Part shown: piece after piece, positions 52,871-64,000 of the stretch
Position numbering within the stretch: the first letter of the stretch is position 1
How the letters are laid out: each line of letters begins with the position of its first letter
NCBI GenBank assembly: GCA_038087875.1
Contig: CM075989.1
Coordinates: 20,276,001 to 20,340,000, forward strand
Reading direction: 5' to 3'
Origin: Malacoraja senta
Taxonomy: Eukaryota
DNA length: 64,000 bases
The notes under the pieces: generated by a model
What the model was told of the DNA's origin: nothing
What the model saw: only the letters and a program-made list of their open reading frames with translations
Databases searched by the model: none
Translations under genes and position numbers: made by a program

Positions 52871-53409
52871 GTTTCTTGTGAACCCGTAATAAACTAATTT
52901 AAAAAAAAACACACACATCTTCTAACTCTCTTCCCTCCACCCCACCCCTGTTGCAAAACATACTTGGCTAATAAATGACTATTATGATAATAATCTGAAG
53001 AAGGGTTCTGACCTGAACCGTTTAGACACAACGCGGAAACAGACCCTTCCGTCCCCGCACATTGACATAAATGAACTAACTAGCTAACTAACACACACAC
53101 ACACCACAATTTTACAGATAAAAACCCCAACAATTAACCAACAAACCTGCATGTCTTTGGAGTGTGGGAGGAAATCGAAGCCCCGGGAGAAAACCCCGCC
53201 ACAGGTCAAGGGAAAAACGTGCAAACTCCACACAGACAGCAGCACCCGCTGTGAGGCGGCAACTCTACCGTTGCACCACCTGGTTGTGCAGATGCTGGGC
53301 TGGTAAAGGTGAGGCCCGGCACAAATTGGAGGATAAACACCTCATACTTCGTTTGGGCAACTTACACCCCGGCGGTGTGAATATTGACCCCTCTCACACC
53401 AACCCTTGC

Positions 53410-54065
53410 TTCCCTCCATCCCTCTCCCTTCCTCCATCCCCCCCTCTCCCTTCCCTCCATCCCCCCCTCTCTTCCCTCCATCCCCCCCCCTCTCTCCCTC
53501 CATCCCCCCCTCTCTTCCCTCCATCACCCCCCTTCCCTCCATCACCCCTCTCTCTTCCCTCCATCCCCCTCTCTCTTTCCCTCCATCCCCCTCTCTCTCT
53601 CTCCCTCCATCCCCCCTCTCTTCCCTCCCTCCCCTCCTCTCTCCCTCCCCCCTCTCTCTTCCCTCCATCCCCCTCCCTCTTCCCTCCATCCCCTCCTCTC
53701 TTCCCTCCATCCCCCCTCTCTTCCCTCCATCCCCCTCTCTCTTCCCTCCATCCCCCTCTCTCTTCCTCCATCCCCCTCTCCTTCCGTCCATCCCCCTCTC
53801 TTCCCTCCATCCCCCCCTCTCTTCCCTCCATCCCCCCTCTCTTCCCTCCATCCCCCCCTCTCTTCCCCTCCATCCCCCCCTCTCTTCCCTCCATCCCCCC
53901 CTCTCTTCCTCCATCCCCCCCTCTCTTCCCTCCATCCCCCCCCTCTCTTCCCTCCATCCCCCTCTCTCTTCCGTCCATCCCCCTCTATCTTCCCTCCATC
54001 CCCCCTCTCTTCCCTCCATCCACCCCCCTCTCTTCCCTCCATCCACCCCCCTCTCTTCCCTCCAC
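53410..54065. repeat. Polypyrimidine minisatellite, unit about (CTTCCCTCCATCCCCCCTCT)n
   Basis: Directly visible; roughly 30 imperfect ~20-nt units. Explains the P/S/L-rich and G/E/R-rich ORFs in the track. Confidence 0.97.
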
Positions 54066-54224
54066 CCCCCGCCCCCCCAAACTTAGTGGTTGTACTAGGA
54101 TTGAAATTCCCTCTCTTTACATCACAATGGGGCTTCATTATTGTCGAGCTTCTTGCCAGATTCCTATGTAGACATTATTTTCTTTCAGGCTAGGTTAGTA
54201 CTTTGTGCTAAATGAACTGTAGGA

Positions 54225-54578
54225 GATGGGCAGCTTACGACCCAGCTGTATCTGTATGAATATTGATTTCTCTAACTTCAAGTAACTCTTGTTTTCCTTT
54301 CTCTCTGTCCCTCCCCCACCCTAGATCCCCAACCAGTTTCACTTTCCTCCTGATTTTCTGCCTCCTCGTCACCCTCCCTTCAACTAACAATTCTACATTT
54401 CCTTGAGCAACGTCTGCTTTGATCTGTCCTTTTCACACATTGCCCTTCCACATCTGTAGGCTCTCTCCCCCTGGCCCTCGGTCTAAAGAAGGGTCTCGAC
54501 CTGAAATGTCGCCCATTCCTTCTCTCCAGAGACGCTGCCTGTCCCGCTGAGTTACTCCAGCATTTTGCGTCTATCTTG
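54225..54578 (+). mobile_element. Penelope-like element 3' end (GIY-YIG tail, UTR, decayed hammerhead terminus)
   Basis: gggcagcttac...atgaatattgatttctctaacttcaagtaa, then gtctaaagaagggtctcgacctgaaatgtc and the terminal motif. Confidence 0.8.
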
Positions 54579-54709
54579 CCTGCAAGAGGCCGGCCTCACG
54601 CATCTTTTATTCCTCTCGGAATCAGTCGTTGGGGATATGGGGAAAGGGGGGTCACAGAGCCACCTCATACCCTCCCCTCCCTCCATCATTTCCCCTCCAC
54701 ACGACTCAC

Positions 54710-54846
54710 CAGGGAGCGAAGAACTCGACCAGCGCCAGGTCGTGGTCGTCGATCTGATCCTCGAAGTCGTCGTCCGTCAGTTCGACCACGTCGGTGGCCA
54801 GCGCGGCGCCAGCGATGGAGCAGACGAGGAGCAAGAGGCGGATCAT
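54710..54846 (-). CDS. PDIA3: Protein disulfide-isomerase A3 (ERp57) exon 1 (MIRLLLLVCSIAGAALATDVVELTDDDFEDQIDDHDLALVEFFAPW)
   Basis: Kozak-like cgccATG, hydrophobic signal peptide and thioredoxin-fold start LVEFFAPW ending TG|gtgagt just before the expected CGHC. Sits in a CpG island. Not present in the ORF track. Confidence 0.9.
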
Positions 54847-55005
54847 GGCGGGCTGAGCCCGGGGAGGGTGGCGGCGGCGGTAGTAGTAGTAGTGGTGGTG
54901 GTGGCGGTGACAACGACAGCGCTCCCTTCTCCCTCCTCACGGCCGCCCGCCTCCGGCCCAAGTGACGGCGCCCGGCCCGCCCCGCCAGCCAGCCCAGCCC
55001 CGCAG

Positions 55006-55024
55006 TGTGGCGCCTCGCCATTGG
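55006..55024 (-). promoter_or_regulatory. ER stress response element (CCAAT-N9-CCACA variant) in the PDIA3 promoter
   Basis: Minus strand CCAAT GGCGAGGCG CCACA, with an adjacent CACGTG at 55037-55042 and GC boxes. Confidence 0.7.
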
Positions 55025-55169
55025 CCCGCCAACGCTCACGTGGACTCCCGTCAGCCAACCCTAGGCGCCGTACCATTTCCTCACATCCGCTGATCTGGAC
55101 CAATGGTATCGGAGGGCGCGATTCTGCGCACTTGGATCTGCTCTGTCATTTCCCCCTTCATGTTCAACT

Positions 55170-55865
55170 GCCCCATTAACTAACATTACTAACTGCAAAC
55201 TGCCCCATTAACTAATATTAATATAGCGAACGTAAGTAATTTTCGGCTGTAATCTGCTCCATTAACTAACATTAACATAGCTATCTAACATAACTGATGT
55301 TCTGCTGCAAACTATCCATTAGCTAACATTAATATAACTAACTAATATAACTAATGTTCTGCTGCAAACTGCCTCAGGATTAACATAACTAACTAACATA
55401 ACTAAACTCAGGACTAGCATTAACACAACTGACTCGCATAACTAAACTGACATTAGGACTAACATTAACATAGCTAACTAACATAACTAATGTTTTGCTG
55501 CAAACTGCCTCAGGACTAACATTTACATAACTAACTAATATAATTAACGTTCTGTTTCTAACAGCCTCAGGACTAACATTAACATAACTAGCCAACACAT
55601 AACTAAACTCAGGACTAACATTAACACGACTAACATAACTAAACTCAGGACTAATATTAACATAACTAACATGAATTCTGCAAATTCAACAACCTCTGAC
55701 TAAAGAAATTCTTCCTCATCTCCTTAAAGGAACGTCTTTTTATTCTATGGCCTCTGGTCCTAGACTCTCCCACCAATGGATACATCCTCTCCACATCCAC
55801 TCTATCCATGCCTCAGGACTAACATTAACATAACTAACTAACATAACTAAACTCAGGACTAACAT
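55170..55865. repeat. AT-rich TAAC/ACTAAC minisatellite upstream of PDIA3, interrupted by a CR1 fragment at about 55690-55810
   Basis: Repeated ctcaggactaacattaacataactaactaacataactaa units. Confidence 0.93.
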
Positions 55866-56573
55866 TGCATCAGTAAAAATATTGAATTTGTTTCTTAAAC
55901 AGCAGCAGAAAACAAGCCATCTGCCTTTCAAAAAATTACATCAGACCTCTTTAAATGGGATCCTATCATATGAATTCCATGTGTAGGAAGGAACTGCAGA
56001 TGCTGGTTTCCACCGAAGATAGACACAAAATGCTGGAGTAACTCCGCGAGACAGGCAGCATCTCTGGAGAGAAGGAATGGGTGACGATTCGGGTCAAGAA
56101 CTTTCTTCAGACAGTCAGGGGAGGGAAACTTGAGGTATGGAAGGGTAAGGTGTGAAAATGACAGATCAAAGCAGACAACAGCCAAGGAAATGTAGAATGG
56201 TTCATTGCTGGCTGATGGGATGTAATTTTGTACCTCATTGCTAATTTCTAGCACTATCCCCATATCCCTTTATTCTCCCAAAGTCTGGAAATATAACACT
56301 GCTTTAACAAACATGACAGGTTCTACAGGGAAGAAAATTCCATCTAAATGGTGAAACCACCCTGCTCACATCTAGTCTGTCAACCCCTATGAGTCTTCAA
56401 ATAACCCCTGCATTCCCTCTCTCTCCATCCCTCCTTCACCCAAGTCATACCAGCTTTTTGTTCTCCTGTTTCCTTTGCCATTATTACTTTTTTGCATATC
56501 TTTCATTCATTTGTTCTATATCTCCCTACATCATCGTCCATATCTCTCGTTTCCCTCTCCCGTGACTTTCAAT

Positions 56574-56601
56574 CTGAAGAAGGGTCTCGACCCGAAACGT
56601 C
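56574..56601 (+). ncRNA. Minimal type I hammerhead ribozyme-like motif (intact consensus copy)
   Basis: CUGAAGA-A-GGGUC-UC-GACCC-GAAA-CGUC at the 3' terminus of a Penelope-like fragment (about 56395-56665). Confidence 0.65.
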
Positions 56602-59162
56602 ACCCATTCCTTCTCTCCAGAGCTGCTGCCTGCCCCGCTGAGTTACTCCAGCATTTTGTGTCAACCCTATGAGAGGTTTGTATGTTTTGGTGCAATCTCC
56701 TATCATTCTACTTTTGAGAATACAATTCCTAGCTGCTATATCCCTCCTCCCTACCATTTCTGAAACCAGTCCCGTGAATATTTCTACATGATAGCAATGT
56801 CAAGTATATATTTTCTTAGGTAAGGACACTAATCCCTGTGATGCCCCACTTGTCAAAGCAAAACAACCTGAGAATGATCCATTTATCCCCACTCTTTGCT
56901 TTATTTCTGATAACCACTTCTCAATCCATATCAGTAGTTTATCTCTAATTCTGTGCACGCAAACATTGTTGACCGATCTCCTATCTTGGACTACATTGAA
57001 CTTGTGTAAATCCGAATCAGGCAACAGTATTTGCGTTGGTGAACACTTTTTTTGCAGATTTAGGTGGAGACCCATTTATAGTTTTTGTTTGAATTAAAGT
57101 GTGCAATGGGCACGTCTCCTATTCAAAGCTGCTGGAAACTGATATTCTCAAACATAAACGCACACAGGCCATAAACCCAAAGTTAAAATAGAAACAAAAG
57201 AAACTTATCAATTCATAACACTATTCCTTGTATCTATAATTAACGTGTTTTTTCAGGTGTCCGGATTATTACGCTAATCCGTAACATTTTCACTTCACGG
57301 ATGGTTTCCTGTGCACAGTGAGATTTCCTGTGCACCATGCATTCTCTCTCCTAACTGTTGGTGTAAGCATATAAAGAAGCCAGGCAGCCAAAAGTGATAA
57401 CCCCTTGACTGAGTACGACAAACTGGAATGCTTAGATTCCACTATCACTCTTTACCTCCATTCTATCTCCTTTATCTAACATCAAGACTGGATGAGTAAA
57501 AACATGATCGAACTAACTTCTGGGAAATTTAAGGGCAATGTCCTTGGACCCAGGCACAAACTCAGTCACTCTTGGCAACTGCCATAGGCTGGCAACTTTG
57601 CCATTGTATTTAACCCTGAGACCTGCTTCTGATCACATATCTGTGCTTTCACTACTTTCACTTCTTTAAGTTGTGGTGCTTCCTCCTTGCTTACTTCCTG
57701 GTGCTGAAACTCTCATTTATTTCATTATTAATCAAGAATTGACTGTTCAAATACTCCCTAAGGGAATTTTTCAATTTCCACCCAACATAAATCCAATTTT
57801 ATCTAAGACTTTCATTTGTACCATGCCATTTACTCATTACATCTGGGTTCACTGATATGCATTTTTTTCCCCAACTAAGAATACCCCCATTTGAAGTTTC
57901 TTATCCTTGTTTACATATCTTTCACTTTCTTTATCACATCCTCCAGCCCGACAAGCCTTGAGTTCTCTTTCTATTTCTAATTAGAGTCATCGAGCCATAC
58001 AGCACAGAAACAGGCCCTTCAGCCCAACTTGTCCGTGCCGATATCCCGTCAAGACTATCAAGACTAATCCCCCTAGCCCTCATTTGGCCCATATACCGCA
58101 AAACCATTCCTATCCATGTACCTGTCCAAATGTCTTTTTAGATTCTTTTAATTCTGATCTCTTCTATTCCCACTAGCCCCCCCCCCCCCCAGTTTTAATC
58201 ACTCCCTCTCTAATGGGCATTTCTTTAGCTGCTTCTACTGTGCAACTTCAAATTCTCTCCACTAATTTCTTTGTTTCAATTAGAATATAGAAAAGTACAG
58301 CACAGGAACAGGCCCTTCACCCCACGATGATTGTGTCGAACATTTGTACCATTTTTAAAGGAACTAACTTCTAAACGGTTTTGACGGTTGAAAAATGGGT
58401 TTCTAGATATTGTCTAATAAGGTCTGGACGACTTAAGACATTTTAAAACATTACACGTGGAAAATAAATGATAGCTAATATTATTCTGGTTTAGATTGAC
58501 GTTAGTCTGGGTAACCTAATTGCATTAATCGTGAGCCAAACTTGATCAAAATGAAAAAGTTAGTTCGTTAAGTTTAATGATTATAGATCCTAAAGACCTT
58601 GATTTCCAACCATTAGAAAAGGAAGATAAGAATGCCAGTGCAGGTGTGCCAGTCTTGTTATCTGCATGTTACTGTTTATAAGAAAATAATTTCACGTTGC
58701 ATTTGGGACAATAAAGCAAATTTGAACCACTTCTCAGATACTTATGCCTCAATGTGTACAACTCCTTTCCTTGGACCATGCAAACAGTTCCATAGTGACA
58801 CAAAAAATGGTAGATGCTGGAATCTTGAGCAAAATATAAAGTGCTGAAGGAACTCCATGGGTCAGGCAACATTTATGGAGAGCATGGACTGAGGACAATT
58901 TGGGTCGGGGCTCTTCTTCAGTCCCGACCCAAAACGTCACGTATCAATTCCCTCCCCAGATGCTTCCTGATCTGCTGAGTTCCTCGAACACTTTGTGTCT
59001 CAATCATTTGCATGGTTGACTAAGGTTCTTGAAGCTGACCAAGCTATGCTATGCAAACTTTGATAGGCAAATTTGCAAGTCAGTCATAAAACATAGGCAG
59101 GTACACAAAAATGCTGGAGAAACTCAGCGGGTGCAGCAGCATCTATGGCGCGAAGGAAATAG

Positions 59163-59989
59163 TCAAGTCAAGTGAGTTTATTGTCATGTGTCCCTGGTAG
59201 GACAATGAAATTCTTGCTTTGCTTGAGCACAACAGAACATAGTAGGCATTTACTACAAGGAATTCTATAAATATATACACAATGGTCAATATACTGATAA
59301 AGTGCAAATAACAGTATTGGCTAATAAAGTTCAGTGTTATGTCCGAGCCAGGTTTAATAGCCTGATGGCTGTGGGGAAGTAGCTGTTCCTGAACCTGGTC
59401 GTTGCAGTCTTCAGGCTCCTGTACCTTCTACCTGAAGGTAGTAGGGAGATGAGTGTGTGGCCAGGATGGTGTGGGTCCTTGATGATGCTGCCAGCCTTTT
59501 TGAGGCAGCGACTGTGGTAGATCCCCTCGATGGAAGGGAGGTCAGAGCCGATGATGGACTGGGCAGTGTTTACTACTTTTGTAGTCTTTTCCTCTCCAGG
59601 GCACTCAAGTTGCCGAACCAAGCCACGATGCAACCGGTCAGCATGCTCTCTACTGTGCACCTGTAGAAGTTAGAGAGAGTTCTCCTTGACAAACCGACTC
59701 TCCGTAATCTTCTCAGGAAGTAGAGGCGCTGATGTGCTTTCTTAATAATGGCATCATTGTTCTCGGACCAGGAAAGATCTTCAGAGATGTGCATGCCCAG
59801 GAATTTGAAGCTCTTGACCCTTTCAACCATCGACCCGTTGATATAAACGGGACTGTGGGTCCCCATCCTACTCCTTCCAAAGTCCACAATCAGTTCCTTG
59901 GTTTTGCAGGTGTTGAGGGCCAGGTTGTTGTGCTGGCACCATATGGACAGTTGCTTGATCTCTCTTCTATACTCTTCTATCTCTCTTCT
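59163..59989 (-). mobile_element. 5'-truncated Rex1/Babar-type non-LTR retrotransposon
   Basis: WCQHNNLALNTCKTKELIVDF...FKFLGMHISEDLSW...KKAHQRLYFLRRL...FYRCTVES...DPHHPGH...LPSGRRYRS...RFRNSYFPTAIRLLN, with a (cttga)n-type tail. Probable TSD AAATAG at 59157-59162 and 59990-59995. Confidence 0.88.
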
Positions 59990-61093
59990 AAATAGGCAAC
60001 GTTTCGGGCCGAAACCCTTCTTCAGACATAAAACATAGGCAGTTGTGTTTAGTGGCTGCAAAGGCACAGCTTATTAAACTTTAATTCCAAGAAACCGTAG
60101 CAGATTTACATAAAATTTCATCTCAATGCACCATTGTATCATGTGGGTCACTGCTGCGTCATTTGCTAGATTCAGTAATTTCATCAATTCCTCTTCAAAC
60201 AGAAATGTTCGTCATGTTGTGGATTCATTCTGAGTGCAGTGCACAACTGACCAAATGTGGGAACAAACCCTTAGACTGAAGAAACCCTTAGACCCAACCT
60301 GAAATATCGTCTAAACATTCCCTCCACAGATGCTGCCTGACCCATTGAGCTCCTCCAACAAATAGTTTTATGCCCAAAATTCCATCTGCAGTCTCTTGTG
60401 TCTCCATACTTAATGGATCTTATTTATACCTGTTTTAATGTTGAAAATTAGAGGTCACTCATGTCTTCGATGTTGTGGATGATCAGCCATGATCCAAATG
60501 AATGGCGATGCTGGCTCAAAGGGCCGAATGGCCTACTCCTGCACCTATTGTCTATTGTCTTAAAATTCAACTGATCAGCAAATTATTCAATTAACTGCTT
60601 CCCTGCTATCTCCAAAAGATAGAAATTTCCAAACCAGTCATCAACATGATGTGGCTTTGGTTCGGACAAAGTGACTTTGGGGCTGTAGTCCAGGAGTTCA
60701 GGAAGAGTGGAGCCCATAATGGCCCAATGTTAGCTGGGGAAGGGGTGATAAGTATAACGAGTATTACACAAACTCGAAAAAAAACAGCGCCTCATATTCC
60801 ACCTGGGTAGTCTACAACCCGATGGCATGAGTATTGAGTTCTCCAATTTCAAGTCACATTCTTCCCCACTATCTCTCTCTCGCTCTCCCTCTGTTTCTCT
60901 CCTTCTGATCTGCCCTGGTCCTCTCACACATTCATACTTCTTCCCAAACCCTCCTCCACCACCGCCTATCATCCAGTTTATTTTCCTTGTCCCACCCTCT
61001 CTATCTGCCCATCACCCACAAAATCCAGAAATAGATCCCCTCCCCTAAAGATTCCCATCTGATCACCCTCTCTCCCTTATTTATTTCCATGCT

Positions 61094-61388
61094 GGGCGGC
61101 ACGGTGGTGCAGCGGTAGAGTTGCTGCCTTACAGCGAATGCAGCGCCGGAGACCCGGGTTCGATCCCGACTACGGGTGCTGTGTGTACGGAGTTAGTACG
61201 TTCTCCCCGTGACCAGCGTGGGTTTTCTCCGAGATCTTCGGTTTCCTCCCACACTCCAAAGACGTACAGGCATGTAGATTAATTGGCTTGGTAAATGTAA
61301 AAATTGTCCCTAGTGGGTATAGGATAGATGTTAGTGTGCGGCGATCGCCTGTTTCTGCGCTGTATCTCTAAACTAAACTAAACTAAAA
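61094..61388 (+). mobile_element. Well-preserved tRNA-derived V-SINE (HE1-like)
   Basis: A-box tggtgcagcgg, B-box gttcgatcc, V-domain ggttttctcc...ggtttcctcccacactccaaagacgt and (ctaaa)n tail. Confidence 0.9.
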
Positions 61389-62074
61389 CCTTCCTTTCCA
61401 TTATCTGCAGCCCTTTGTTGCTGCACATATCACCTCCCATTGTCACCATCCCATTTCCACCCATCCCTCTCCCATCTGATCCATTTGCCAATCAACCCTT
61501 CCTCACCTGGACTCACCTAATGTTTGCCAGCTCTTACCCCTCCCCCTCACTTCTTTCTGACCAGTTGGAGTGTTCTGACCTGAACGACGACTGTCTAGTT
61601 ACCTCCACAGATGCTGCCTGACCATTGACCTCCTCCAGACAATCTGTTCTCTGCTCTGTATACTGGTTAGTAGATTGGTGTACGTGCTGTCGCATAACGT
61701 AGCCAAGATCAACAAAATGATCGCTTCCTGCTTGCATCCTGTACAGTTTTTCTAGTTTATTTTTGTGATAACCAGAGTGAAGAGAAAGATGGTAAAAAAA
61801 AATGTTCACAAAATGATTAAATAATTGTCTCAGGTGGTGTAAGTGAGGACAGAAACCCAACCATTAAATTAAATACATTGCATTTCCAAAACAAATCTGT
61901 TATAAGATACAACATGGAAATAGGTGCTTCAACCCACTGAATCCAAGCCAACCATCAATCACGCATTCACACTAGTTCCATGTTATCCCACTTTTCCAGT
62001 CACTGCCTACACATTAGGGGCCAATTCACAACAGAGGCCAATTCACTTACAAATTCACACGTTTTTACAAAATT

Positions 62075-62438
62075 CTTAAGGGGTTGGACAGGCTAGATGC
62101 AGAAAGATTGTTCCCGATGTTGGGGAAGTCCAGAACAAGGGGTCACAGTTTAAGGATAAGGGGGAAGTCGTTTAGGACCGAGAAGAGAAAAACATTTTTC
62201 ACACAGAGAGTGGTGAATCTGTGGAATTCTCTGCCACAGAAGGTAGTTGAGGCCAGTTCATGGCTATATTTAAGAGGGAGTTAGATGTGGCCCTTGTGGC
62301 TAAAGGGATCAGGGGGTATGGAGAGAAGGCAGGTACAGGATACTGAGTTGGATGATCAGCCATGATCATATTGAATGGCGGTGCAGGCTCGAAGGGCCGA
62401 ATGGCCTACTCCTGCACCTATTTTCTATGTTTCTATGT
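62075..62438 (+). mobile_element. CR1-type LINE 3' end
   Basis: GLDRLDAERLFPMLGKSRTRGHSLRIRGKSFRTEKRKTFFTQRVVNLWNSLPQKVVEA followed by the 3' UTR and tail. Confidence 0.9.
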
Positions 62439-64000
62439 TTTGGGATGTGGGAGGAAACTGGAGCACCCGGAAGAAACCCCCACGTGGTCACGGAGAACAT
62501 GCAACCTCCACTCAGAAAGCACCCTTGGCCAGGGTCCCTGGCGTTGAGAGGCAGCAGCTCTACCAGCTGTGCCACTGTGCTGCTCCGATGGAGCTACAGG
62601 GGTTATTTCCACAAACGCCTTAAACCCTTGGCATGTGTCCTTGATCCTATTGCGTCCTCATCAAAAATATCTGCATCATTTCTTCCCATACAATAGGCTA
62701 GTTTGGAGCTTAAATTAATATGAATCATATTGAGCAGTGCAACGCAAGGGACAGGTATATACAGTGTCTACTAGCCTAATCGAAGAGGATTCTCCTACAG
62801 GTGCACGGTAGAGAACACGCTGACTGGTTGCATCAATAGACAATAGACAATAGGTGCAGGAGTAGGCCATTCTGCCCTTCGAGCCAGCACCGCCATTCAA
62901 TGTGATCATGGCTGACCATCCCCAATCAGTACCCCGTTCCTGCCTTCTCCCCATATCCCCTGACTCCGCTATCTTTAAGAGCCCTGTCTAGCTCTCTCTT
63001 GAAAGCATCCAGAGAACCTGCCTCCACCGCCCCCTGAGGCAGAGAATTCCACATCGTGGCCTAGTTCGACAACTTGAACTTCCAGGAGTAAAAAAGATTA
63101 CAAAAAGTTGTGACCACTGCCCAGTCCATCACCGGCTTTGACCTCCCCATTGTCGAAGGGATCTACCATAGTCGCTGCCTCAAAAAGGCAGCCAAAATCC
63201 ACAGAAGGTCTGGCAACATCTGTGGAGGACGAATCAATCAACAATTTAGGATGGTGAAATATCATTAATCTGAAGCATTATCCCTTACTTCTTGTCTGCA
63301 ACTATTCCCTCCACACATGATGAGCACAGAATTTCTTGCTTCTATTTCCCCTGAAGCTTAGTGCCTTTTGAAATGTGATCTTACGCTCGCAAGTGTTTGA
63401 CTAGTGGGTGGAGGATTTGTGTGGGATGTCAGTGAGCGTTTATAAGGATGGTGGTTGCTCAGTGTGTCAAAAAAGATCAGAAAATGATTTAAAGTTACAC
63501 TGAATAACAGGGTTTTCTTGTTGAGATTACATCTACAGTGATTTGAATCACGACGCCTGGTAGCTTGATTTTCCTGGGGGGAAATCTGATTCAGCTTGTG
63601 CCAATTATCTGTTGCTGAAATTAATTCCTGTGTAATTGCGGGGACAATGTGCATATCCAAGTTTGGCCAGGTAAGCTTCAATAGATTGCATGTGATGGAC
63701 GATAGGCCCCAGTAATTGCATTTATCAAAGCAGAATGACCCTCGGGCCGTGGCTATCCCCCCCCCCCCCCCCCACAACCGAACCTGAAGGGGGAAGCCGC
63801 CGAGCCCGGCCCCTGCTCGTGCACGAGGACTGGAGAGTGGTGGGAGTCGTCGACAGCAGACCCAAGGACAAAGGGCCAGGAAATGGATCCGGGGTCTTAC
63901 CTTACATGCCCTTAAGCTAGGCCGCGGGAAGCGCCCCCAGGGTACAAAGGCAGAAGGTGGACGGGGGGGGGGAAGGGGAAGACGGTTCACAGGATGATCC

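Noticed and set aside
53164..54193. Long Pro/Ser/Leu-rich and Gly/Glu/Arg-rich ORFs (194-335 aa)
   Set aside because: They are stop-free readings of the polypyrimidine minisatellite in several frames on both strands.
54565..55179. 204-aa plus-strand ORF with a poly-Val run
   Set aside because: It is the antisense shadow of PDIA3 exon 1 and its trinucleotide tract.
55170..55865. Regularly spaced repeats resembling a CRISPR array or telomeric repeat
   Set aside because: Vertebrate context, no unique spacers, no cas genes and not TTAGGG; it is a minisatellite.
61094..61170. tRNA-like sequence with A and B boxes
   Set aside because: It is the head of a multi-copy SINE and continues into the V-domain and LINE-like tail; not a tRNA gene.
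55900..64000. Exons of a gene divergent from PDIA3 (for example CATSPER2-like), including a short open stretch at about 58577-58643 and the 210-aa minus ORF at 63358-63990
   Set aside because: No recognisable protein similarity and no consistent splice chain could be supported by eye.

Overview
Vertebrate nuclear DNA, most likely a cartilaginous fish such as a skate or ray (inferred from V-SINE/HE1-like SINEs, CR1 3' ends and abundant Penelope-derived repeats; not proven). There is one 200-N assembly gap at 51065-51264. Genes were read directly from splice sites and translation. (1) GALK2 coding exons 1-4 lie on the minus strand (ATG at 21437), and the gene runs off the left edge. (2) A complete 13-exon COPS2 lies on the plus strand (22903-46252, 1332 nt, 443 aa), head-to-head with GALK2. 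(3) An isolated PDIA3 (ERp57) exon 1 lies on the minus strand (54710-54846) and points into the gap; no further PDIA3 exons are visible. Almost all ORFs in the supplied track are spurious or transposon fragments. Introns are packed with mobile DNA: a hAT/Buster element with both ends and an 8-bp TSD, hAT and Tc1 MITEs, CR1 and Rex1/Babar LINE pieces, tRNA-derived V-SINEs and Penelope-like RT and GIY-YIG fragments. The most striking signal is a family of short (about 90-250 nt) Penelope-derived units, often TSD-flanked and often in inverted pairs, that carry a minimal hammerhead ribozyme core (CUGA[A/U]GA-A-stem II-GAAACGU[C/U]) in two stem-II variants. Other notable signals are a perfect 94-bp fold-back over the Buster transposase start, a candidate in-frame COPS2 cassette exon behind a 272-nt AG-free zone, and ER-stress elements (ERSE) both in the PDIA3 promoter and in an orphan CpG-rich promoter 2 kb into its first intron.
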